A DNA stretch of 64,000 nucleotides from contig CAZQVF010000004.1 in NCBI GenBank assembly GCA_964596735.1, positions 229-64,228 on the forward strand, given 5' to 3'. Numbering within the stretch: the stretch's first letter is position 1; every line of letters starts with the position of its first letter. Positions 41,463 through 49,091 of the stretch are shown piece after piece. Position numbers and translations under genes: made by a program. Below the pieces are notes generated by a model, which made no database searches, was not told the DNA's origin, and worked only from the letters and a program-made list of their open reading frames with translations. The DNA is from an uncultured Gammaproteobacteria bacterium. Its GTDB lineage: Bacteria; Patescibacteriota; Patescibacteriia; UBA2591; UBA6264.

Positions 41463-42404
41463 TTATAACGTCGTAATTGGCCTTGATTGAGTAATATAAA
41501 TCTTTCCTTTGGCAAAGGCCCATTCAATATCTTGGGGAGTTTTATAATGTTTCTCAATATTTCTAACTATTTTACTTAATTTAATAATCTCAGGATTTTT
41601 TAATTTTTGTTTAGCTTGTTTTGCTTTAGGAACAGCGATATTTTAATTCTTATTCTTTGCCCATTTAATCATTTTCTCCTGTTCATTAATATTAATATCT
41701 AAAATGGTTAAAGAGTCTTTTTCAACCACATAAGCATCAGGGGTAATCATTCCCCCGACAATGGCTTCTCCTAAACCATAACCGGCTTCAATAATCATTT
41801 GATTTTTATCTTTAGTAATAGGGTGAACAGTAAAACAAATTCCTGAAACTTCTGATTGAATCATTTTTTGCACGGCTACAGCCACAGAAACACTTTTTCT
41901 TCGCATTTTTCTCTCTATCCGATAAAACAAAGCGCGAGGAGTATAAAGAGACGCCCAACATTTTTTAACATTTTTTAAAACCATTTTTTCCGTGGTATTT
42001 AAATAAGTTTCCAATTCCCCTGCCCAAGAATCAATCTTGGAATCTTCTGCTGTGGCTGAACTTCTTACGGCGACATATTTTACCTTTAACTTTTTAAATT
42101 CTTTTAATATTTCTTGTTGCATTGATTTAGGCATTTTTTTATTCATAATCAAATCTCTAAGAATTTCTGAACTTTCTTCCACTGATTCTATATCTTTTAA
42201 ATTGATTTTGTTTAACCTTGCCCTGATTTCTACATTAATATCCGTTGCTTTTAAATATTCTTCAAAAGCCAAAGCGGTAACGACAAAACCTTCTGGCACA
42301 TGAAAACCAGCTTTTGTCATTTCTCCCAGAGAGGCTCCCTTCCCTCCAACAGAATTAACATCCTTTTTTGAAATTTGATTAAAATGTTTTATAAAATCAC
42401 TCAT
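41463..42404 (-). pseudogene. Stand-alone PEP synthase/PPDK N-terminal ATP-binding domain with one in-frame TAA (41643-41645)
   Basis: VGGKGASLGEM, VAVRSSATAED, VQKM..S..SG, GLGE.IV.G. The same frame continues past the TAA to PQDIEWA...IYITQSRPITTL* at 41463. Confidence 0.85.
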
Positions 42405-42443
42405 ATTGTTAAAATTTAGCAATAAAATATTATTTACATATTA

Positions 42444-42516
42444 AATTTCAAGGTTCCCGCCTAAATTTCGAAGAAACTTTGGCGGGGTTCTCGACGAACG
42501 AAGTGAGGAGGGATTC
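42444..42516 (-). repeat. GAACC-bounded double cassette after the stop of paralog 3
   Basis: GGTTC-CCGCCTAAATTTCGAAGAAACTTTGGCGG-GGTTC-TCGACGAACGAAGTGAGGAGG-GATTC-TTA(stop). Confidence 0.85.
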
Positions 42517-44067
42517 TTATTTTTTAATAATATTAATTATACCATGTGTGGCATCAACCTCAATAATGCTCCCATCTTTTAAAACTTGAGTGGCGATCTT
42601 AGTGCCAATCACGCAAGGAATGTCTAATTCCCGACTAACAATGGCAGCATGGCAGGTTAAGCCACCAGTATCAGTAACAACAGCGGCGGCTTTTTTCATA
42701 GCAGGCACTAAGGAAGGATTAGTAATTTGAGAAACTAAAATATCACCTTTTTTCATTTTTTGCATCTCCTCTGGAATAGTAATAATCCTGACAGTGCCTC
42801 GAGCTTTACCTGGACAACCACACTCTCCACTAAGTTCACGGGTGTCTTTGAGTTTTGGCAGTGAATTTAAAATCGGCTTCATAATCTTCTGGGCCGCCTG
42901 ACCAGTATAAAGTTTAAAATCTCCGTCTTCAGCTCGATAAATTGAATATCCAAGCATTTCGTTAGCTTGCTTAACAGGAAATTTCCTCTTCTTTAAAATT
43001 TCCACTAAATCGCCATCGTGAATAATGTAAAGCTGCTTTAAAGAAATATTAAATTCTTTAGCTGCTTGTTTAAGCAGTGGTTTAATAAAACAATATGACT
43101 GATACAAGGCATCCATTCTAACCACTTTGGCATGTATTATACCGGTCATCAACTCAAATAACTTTTGCTGATCATCATCTATGTTAAGCTTGTTAATCCA
43201 ATCCTTTTTAACTGATAACAATTCATTCTGTTGTTTTTTCATCTGTCCAGCTTTTTCAGCTAAACCTTTTTTATTTAACATCCGTTTAAACAAATCAACA
43301 AAGTAATCTATCTCCCAAGCTGGACCTATCCAACTATAAGGCAACCAATAATAAATTTTGTAATGATTAACAAGCTCTTGCCAACATTCTTTAAAATCTT
43401 TTCTTAAAATCTCTTTAACTTCTTCTAAACCCTCTTTGGATTTCATGCCCTTTTTCAGCTTTGTATTCTTTTGATACTTAGCAACCAATGAGAGAAAATC
43501 GTGTTCTTCTCTCTGATTAAAACTCCATTCTTTGGGAGTAGTTAGTAATCGAAAAATCTCTTGAGCCCTGGGGTGATTGGCCTTTCTCCTAGAATCAAGA
43601 TATTCAGTTAAATAAGAAGATAATAAAGTATTATTAAGCTCCAAAAGATTAGGCACCATACCTAAACACCATAAATTATAATGTAATCTATGCCACTTGG
43701 CGAAAGTGGTTACTATTTTATTCCATGAACTTGAGGCAAAATTAATTCCCTTAATTCTCTTATTAAAAGAAAAAAGGTCTGTGGCGGCTGCCTCAATTGC
43801 TCTGAGAGCTCGAGCTAATAACTTTGGTTCTTTCTTAATTTGATTAAAATATCTTTGGCTAATCTTATTCCATTCACTTTGTGAAATATAATATCGCTGA
43901 ACACCATTTTTATACTCCCAAACTTGATTTTCACAGGCATAACCAACATTTTTCTTAAGTTCAGTATAAAGACCATAGATATATGGACTATGAAACCAAT
44001 ATAAATCATACCATTCAGCAAAACATATCCAATCATTCTTTATTCCTTTTATTTCTTTTGACGCCAT
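42517..44067 (-). CDS. Unknown N-terminal domain + C-terminal PEP-utilizer phospho-His swivel domain (paralog 3)
   Basis: GDILVSQITNP...AVVTDTGGLTCHAAIVSRELDIPCVIGTK. Confidence 0.85.
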   Translation of the reverse strand: MASKEIKGIKNDWICFAEWYDLYWFHSPYIYGLYTELKKNVGYACENQVWEYKNGVQRYYISQSEWNKISQRYFNQIKKEPKLLARALRAIEAAATDLFSFNKRIKGINFASSSWNKIVTTFAKWHRLHYNLWCLGMVPNLLELNNTLLSSYLTEYLDSRRKANHPRAQEIFRLLTTPKEWSFNQREEHDFLSLVAKYQKNTKLKKGMKSKEGLEEVKEILRKDFKECWQELVNHYKIYYWLPYSWIGPAWEIDYFVDLFKRMLNKKGLAEKAGQMKKQQNELLSVKKDWINKLNIDDDQQKLFELMTGIIHAKVVRMDALYQSYCFIKPLLKQAAKEFNISLKQLYIIHDGDLVEILKKRKFPVKQANEMLGYSIYRAEDGDFKLYTGQAAQKIMKPILNSLPKLKDTRELSGECGCPGKARGTVRIITIPEEMQKMKKGDILVSQITNPSLVPAMKKAAAVVTDTGGLTCHAAIVSRELDIPCVIGTKIATQVLKDGSIIEVDATHGIINIIKK

Positions 44068-44076
44068 AAACCTATT

Positions 44077-45642
44077 CTATTTCTTTTTTAATATCTTAAC
44101 CACCCCCTTAGTCGCATCAACCTCAACTAAATCCCCATCTTTAAAAATTTTAGTAACAATTTTAGTTCCGACGATACAAGGAATGCCTAGTTCCCTGCTA
44201 ACAATAGCGGCATGACAAGACAATCCACCAGCATTAGTAACAATGGCCGCTGCATTTTTCATAGCTGGAACTAGGCTTGGATAAGTTGTTTCAGAAATCA
44301 AAATATCACCTTTTTTCATTTTCACTATATCTTTAGGATACTCAACAATCTTAATCTGCCCCTTGGCTTTACCCGGTGAAGCACAGGTTCCTTTTAGTTC
44401 ATCAACTTGCCTTTGAATAGCTAATTTTTCTTTAGGCAGTTTGTCAAAAAAATCTTGAGCCTTTTTACCAGTTAAAATCGTGGTTTTTTTAGCTGTAGTA
44501 TAAAAAATAGCGCATTTCATCCGAGCTTTAAGAACTTCTATTGTAGGAATCTTGCCATCCTTTAAGGCTTTTATTATTTCTCCATAGGTCATGGCTCTAA
44601 CATTATGGCAAGTTATTTTAAACTTTTTAGCAATTTGCCTAAAAAAGGGTTGATAACAATACATGCCGTGATAAAGAGACCCCTTTCTAAACTCCTTAAC
44701 AAAAACAATTTCTTGACATATCTTAATAAGTTTAAGTTGATAAGAATTAAATCTTAGTTTTTTAAATAAATCTCTTTGTTTTTGTTTTGTCTTTCTTTCT
44801 TTAGCTAAGATCTCTTTTAAAAGCTCTGTTGGCAAGACATTTCCCTTAATTAAATTTTGCCAGCGTTCTAAAAAATATTTAAAAGGATAAGCTGGTCCTT
44901 TATACTCATAAGGCAACCAGGTCCATTCTTTAAAATGAGCTTGCATAATTTCAAACATTTTTAAATCTACCTCCCTGAGCTTTTTGGGTAAAAGGTTTAA
45001 TTTAGTCTTTTTAAAAACCTGTTTAATTTTAGGTTGAGAATATATTTGCTGAGCAACTTTTAAAAATTCTTTTTCTTCTTTGATAACAAAACTTTTTTTA
45101 ATTGGAGTAGAAAGGACACTAAAAACATTAGCTAATTCTAATTTTAATTTTAATTTTCTTTTTTTAATCTGCTTTTCAATCATTTTTGTAACCGACCTAC
45201 TTATTCTTTCTTTGTCTGCATCAACGTGCCAGGAAACAGCTGAGCCAACTCCATGAGATAGTTCTTGCCATTTTAAAACCCGTTGATAAGCATTAAGCAT
45301 TTGTACTGAAGTCATTTTAGAAAAAGGCAAATTAAAAAATTTATTAGATTCTTTAATAAACTTGTTTGAATAAACCTCAGCTTTATCTAACATTTTTAAG
45401 GCCCAATCAGGATTGGAAATCATTTTTTTAGCTAAAAAATCTGCCGCTGCATCAAATTCAGATCTTTTATAATATAAAGCAGAAAAATCTCCTTTAAAAT
45501 AATTAAAACAAACCTTTATTTTTGATCCTAATCCTAGTCTAGGCCAACCTGTAAAGAAAAAACGAAGTGGCAGGCTAATTATAAATATTGTGTTTCTTGT
45601 AATTTCTGCAGAACAAAACCACAAATCTTTATTTTTTTTCAT
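44077..45642 (-). CDS. Unknown N-terminal domain + C-terminal PEP-utilizer phospho-His swivel domain (paralog 2)
   Basis: GDILISETTYP...AIVTNAGGLSCHAAIVSRELGIPCIVGTK. Confidence 0.85.
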   Translation of the reverse strand: MKKNKDLWFCSAEITRNTIFIISLPLRFFFTGWPRLGLGSKIKVCFNYFKGDFSALYYKRSEFDAAADFLAKKMISNPDWALKMLDKAEVYSNKFIKESNKFFNLPFSKMTSVQMLNAYQRVLKWQELSHGVGSAVSWHVDADKERISRSVTKMIEKQIKKRKLKLKLELANVFSVLSTPIKKSFVIKEEKEFLKVAQQIYSQPKIKQVFKKTKLNLLPKKLREVDLKMFEIMQAHFKEWTWLPYEYKGPAYPFKYFLERWQNLIKGNVLPTELLKEILAKERKTKQKQRDLFKKLRFNSYQLKLIKICQEIVFVKEFRKGSLYHGMYCYQPFFRQIAKKFKITCHNVRAMTYGEIIKALKDGKIPTIEVLKARMKCAIFYTTAKKTTILTGKKAQDFFDKLPKEKLAIQRQVDELKGTCASPGKAKGQIKIVEYPKDIVKMKKGDILISETTYPSLVPAMKNAAAIVTNAGGLSCHAAIVSRELGIPCIVGTKIVTKIFKDGDLVEVDATKGVVKILKKK

Positions 45643-45651
45643 AAATTTTAA

Positions 45652-47127
45652 CTAATTCTTATTTTTAATAATTCTAACCACTCCTTTATTTGCGTCTACT
45701 TTGACCAAATCCCCATCTTTCAATGCCCTAGTGGCAATTTTAGTGCCCACAACGCAAGGAATTTTTAATTCACGAGAGATAATGGCCGCATGAGAAAGTA
45801 ATCCGCCCTCATCAGTAATTATAGCTGATGCCTTTTCCATAGCCGGGACAAATTTAGGATTGGTCTTTGGGCTGACTAATATTTCTCCTCTTTTCATTTT
45901 AGCCACATCACAGTAGCTTTCTAAAACTCTGACCCTTGCTTTAACTATGCCTGAAGAAGCAGCCACTCCTTTTAGTTGATCAACTTGTTTTATCTGAGAC
46001 TCTGTCTTTCTTTTTTCTGCTTCTTCCCATTTTTCTAACTCTTTTCCCGAGTAAATTTTTATTTCTGTTCCCTGCCAAAGAATTCCATATTTTTTTACTC
46101 TTTGCTTTAATTTAACTTTTGTTCGTGAAGAGATTACGCCCTTTTTAAAAAATTCATCAATTTCTTCAAAGGCCATCTCTGCCAGCATCTTGTGACTTAT
46201 TTTCATTCTTTTAGCAAGCTCTGAATGAAGCCCCTTAAGATAATGGCTAATTAAACAACCAGCTTCATCTAAATAATTAAGGCAATGACCCCACTGTTTC
46301 AAGGTTTTTATAATAAGTTGGGCCTTTTTAGACAAATTAAGCTCCTGAATAATTTTTTGCGTCAATTCTTTATTCTTTTCTTGAATTTTGATTTTTCTAA
46401 TTTCCTCTTTTAACTCCTTAGGCAAAATCCTCTTGATTCTTTTCTCTATCTCTTTCTCTGTATAAGGTTGATAATAGTAAAAATAGTAGTTGAGAAACCC
46501 GTATTTTTTAATATGGTCCTTGATAAATCTTTGAATTCTTTTATTTTTAAAAGAAAGTTTTTTCTCTTTTACTAACTTAGCTAGTTTTAAGAGCTGAAGC
46601 CTTTCTTGTCTAATCAAAGTCGGCCTATCAAGGCCAGTTAAAATTCCAATAATCTCATTAAATCTTTTTTCGTTTTTTAGTTTTTTATTAATTTCGGCAA
46701 TCAAAACATCGGGCAAATATCGATCTATTATATAATATGTGTAATCAGGAACAAGCCATTTCTTTTTCAAATCAATAAGCTTTCTGTAGATCTTTTCAAT
46801 TCCTTGAAGCTCCCATCTCGAAAAATCAACGTCTTTATATCTCTCACAAAATTGGACAATTTCTTTATTCCTTTTTTCAAATTCTTTTCCTAATTTTAAA
46901 AGATAACCAGGACTTTTATTTTCTTTACTTTTGATTAGTTTTAAATAATCATCCCATTCTTCTTTGTTAAAATAAGTCGCGCCAAGAACCCGACGATAAT
47001 AATGAATAGTAAAATTAGCTTTTAAAAACTTTTTTAAAAGCCCTTCCTTATAGGCATAAGGAAAAATAGATATTAAAAGTAAAGGAACCCGGCCAGTTTT
47101 AGTTACTTGAACCCAATTAACAGGCAT
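45652..47127 (-). CDS. Unknown N-terminal domain + C-terminal PEP-utilizer phospho-His swivel domain (paralog 1)
   Basis: GEILVSPKTNP...AIITDEGGLLSHAAIISRELKIPCVVGTK. Confidence 0.85.
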   Translation of the reverse strand: MPVNWVQVTKTGRVPLLLISIFPYAYKEGLLKKFLKANFTIHYYRRVLGATYFNKEEWDDYLKLIKSKENKSPGYLLKLGKEFEKRNKEIVQFCERYKDVDFSRWELQGIEKIYRKLIDLKKKWLVPDYTYYIIDRYLPDVLIAEINKKLKNEKRFNEIIGILTGLDRPTLIRQERLQLLKLAKLVKEKKLSFKNKRIQRFIKDHIKKYGFLNYYFYYYQPYTEKEIEKRIKRILPKELKEEIRKIKIQEKNKELTQKIIQELNLSKKAQLIIKTLKQWGHCLNYLDEAGCLISHYLKGLHSELAKRMKISHKMLAEMAFEEIDEFFKKGVISSRTKVKLKQRVKKYGILWQGTEIKIYSGKELEKWEEAEKRKTESQIKQVDQLKGVAASSGIVKARVRVLESYCDVAKMKRGEILVSPKTNPKFVPAMEKASAIITDEGGLLSHAAIISRELKIPCVVGTKIATRALKDGDLVKVDANKGVVRIIKNKN

Positions 47128-47166
47128 AAATTTAATAAACTTAGGGCAGAGAGCCTTTTATATCAA

Positions 47167-47239
47167 TGCCCCTGACAGGAGTCGAACCTGTGCTTTCCTC
47201 CTCCGGAGGGAGGCGTTTTATCCATTAAACTACAGGGGC
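47167..47239 (-). tRNA. tRNA-Arg (anticodon CCG), CCA not encoded
   Basis: GCCCCTG acceptor stem, anticodon arm CCTCC-CT-CCG-GA-GGAGG, T arm ACAGG-TTCGACT-CCTGT. Confidence 0.95.
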
Positions 47240-47252
47240 CCTTCTTGTCCAT

Positions 47253-47792
47253 CTACTCTTCTTCGTCAATTAAAGAAGACAAAGGAATACCTTGATTAAG
47301 TCGTTCATAATCAGGCAATTCATTTAAATCTTTGACGCCTAAATGGCGGATAAAATCCAAACTGACATTATAGATCTCCTTGTCTTTGTTCTCTTCAACA
47401 ATCAACCCTTTGATTAAAAGATGGCGCAAAATAATACTACAGTTAACTCCTCTAATTTGTTCTAATTCATCTCTTTTAATTGGCCCTCGATAAGCAATAA
47501 TGGATAATGTTTCCAAAGAAGCTGGTGTTAATTCTTGATTAACTTCCTGTTTTAAAAACTTTTGAATAACTGAGCTATTTGTCGGATCAGTAACCATTTG
47601 CCATTCTTGGCCATTTTGAAGAATTTTAATGCCTCTTTCTTTGGATTCTTCGACTAATTCTTTTAAGGCTTTTTCTACTTTATCTATTTTTTGTTCTGTT
47701 ATTCTGGCCAATTCTTTTTTATTTAAAGGTCGATTAGCAATAAAAAGTAAGCTTTCAATTAATGACTTAAGATTCTGCTGTTTTGTTTCCAT
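47253..47792 (-). CDS. scpB: Segregation and condensation protein B
   Basis: IESLLF, LT.ASLETLSIIAYRGPI.R..LE.IRGVN. Confidence 0.95.
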   Translation of the reverse strand: METKQQNLKSLIESLLFIANRPLNKKELARITEQKIDKVEKALKELVEESKERGIKILQNGQEWQMVTDPTNSSVIQKFLKQEVNQELTPASLETLSIIAYRGPIKRDELEQIRGVNCSIILRHLLIKGLIVEENKDKEIYNVSLDFIRHLGVKDLNELPDYERLNQGIPLSSLIDEEE

Positions 47793-47797
47793 ATTTT

Positions 47798-48490
47798 CTA
47801 TTTTCTTTTAATAATAATTTCCTTAAATAAGCCTGTTTGACTAATCAGAACTTGTCTTTTCTTAATTAATTCTAAAACCGCTAAAAACATTACGATTTTT
47901 TCTGGCTTTTTTCTCTTTTTAATCAATGAAACAAAATTAATTTGTGATTGTTTTTTTAAAACCTCTATCAGTTCATTGATTTTTTGTTTTAAAGAAATTG
48001 CCTTGTTTCTAAAAGTTTTCTTGGCTAATTTGGTTTGATTCAAAAGAATACCCAGAAGTTCTTTAAAATATTTTTCTAAAATCTGAGGGGTAATTTTAAT
48101 TTCTAAAGAAAATTCTGGCACTATTTGCAAGGGAATTTTATCTCGAGCAAAACTATATTTAGGGTAATTGGCTATTTTCCCTACCCTTTTAGTTGCCTGA
48201 GCATATTGTTGATAAATTTTCAATTGATTAATCAGGTCTTGACCCTCCTCTTCTTCGTCAACTAATTCTGGGATTAAAAGCCGAGATTTAATTAAAATCA
48301 ACTTAGCCGCTATTTCTAAAAAATCAGCCAACTCATAAGGCTGAACTTGTTCAACTTTTTTAAGATAATTTAAAAATTCATCAGTTACCTGAGATAAAGA
48401 GACTTCTGTAATGTCTAGCTTTTCTTTTTCGATTAATTGAAGCAATAAATTAAACGGCCCTTGAAATTTTTCAAGCTTAAGCGTGTACAT
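47798..48490 (-). CDS. scpA: Segregation and condensation protein A
   Basis: FQGPF.LLL.LI, KSR.L.P, FLAVLEL. Adjacent to scpB. Confidence 0.93.
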   Translation of the reverse strand: MYTLKLEKFQGPFNLLLQLIEKEKLDITEVSLSQVTDEFLNYLKKVEQVQPYELADFLEIAAKLILIKSRLLIPELVDEEEEGQDLINQLKIYQQYAQATKRVGKIANYPKYSFARDKIPLQIVPEFSLEIKITPQILEKYFKELLGILLNQTKLAKKTFRNKAISLKQKINELIEVLKKQSQINFVSLIKKRKKPEKIVMFLAVLELIKKRQVLISQTGLFKEIIIKRK

Positions 48491-48505
48491 ATTGTTTTCA
48501 ACAAC

Positions 48506-49009
48506 TTACTTTTTTTTACCAAAACTTGCCTTAATTGGTTCCTCCAGCTTTATTAAATCCTTGGTTTTAATCTTCAAAGAAACGCCATAATCTCCAGCAT
48601 TAACAATCACTTTTACTGGCTTAAGAACAGTTTTATCAGCAAATACTGGCATACCTAGTAGTTGACCAAATGGTGGAACTACTCCTAATTTCCCTACCTT
48701 AATGTTCTTTTTCATCCATGCTTCTTTAACAAAATCAATTTTCTTAACTGCTTTTAATCCTTGTTTTTTTCTCCAGTGATTAACTGCTTTCTTAAACTTG
48801 GCCTTATCTAAATTCTTATTCGATGGTAATAGGACTAGAACGTAATCTTTATCTGTTTTAATAATCAATGTTTTAACTACCTCAGCCGGCTTTTTTAAAT
48901 GCAAGGTTTGAACCAAATCCCAGGCCGTATAAACAATACGGTGTTCAATTAATTCAAATTTAACTTTGTTTTTCTCCAAATAATTGAGGAGTTTTTTAGG
49001 GACAGCCAT
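48506..49009 (-). CDS. YbaK/ProXp-family aminoacyl-tRNA deacylase
   Basis: VVKTLIIK (conserved Lys), G.VPPFG, NAG. ATG 49009 preferred. Confidence 0.8.
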   Translation of the reverse strand: MAVPKKLLNYLEKNKVKFELIEHRIVYTAWDLVQTLHLKKPAEVVKTLIIKTDKDYVLVLLPSNKNLDKAKFKKAVNHWRKKQGLKAVKKIDFVKEAWMKKNIKVGKLGVVPPFGQLLGMPVFADKTVLKPVKVIVNAGDYGVSLKIKTKDLIKLEEPIKASFGKKK

Positions 49010-49063
49010 AAAATTTAAAATTAAATTAATTATTTCAAGACATAAATAATATACAAGGCGAAA

Positions 49064-49091
49064 CAAGGTTCTTGAGCGTAGCGAAAGGTTC
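49064..49091 (-). repeat. GAACC-bounded mini-cassette after the alaS stop
   Basis: + strand CAA-GGTTC-TTGAGCGTAGCGAAA-GGTTC-TTA(stop). Confidence 0.7.

Noticed and set aside
41422-41523. N-terminal 34 aa of the 519-aa ORF
   Set aside because: It overlaps the true C-terminal coding tail of the ATP-binding gene in another frame. The real start is probably ATG 41421.
41643-41645. Alternative genetic code explaining the internal stop
   Set aside because: The codon is TAA, the main terminator in this window. TGA also ends genes here, so code 11 applies.
38577-42516. Hairpin cassettes as integron attC sites
   Set aside because: They lack the inverted RYYYAAC...GTTRRRY ends, follow core genes (rpoC, murE, alaS), and no integrase is present.
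39964-47127. Annotating the cluster as ppsA/PEP synthase or PTS enzyme I
   Set aside because: No C-terminal pyruvate/PEP-binding barrel in any gene, and the His domain is C-terminal.
31336-49091. GTTC direct repeats as LexA/SOS boxes or as a CRISPR array
   Set aside because: Spacing between repeats is variable (9-29 bp), the repeats are only 5 bp, they sit at stop codons rather than promoters, none lies upstream of recA, and there are no cas genes.
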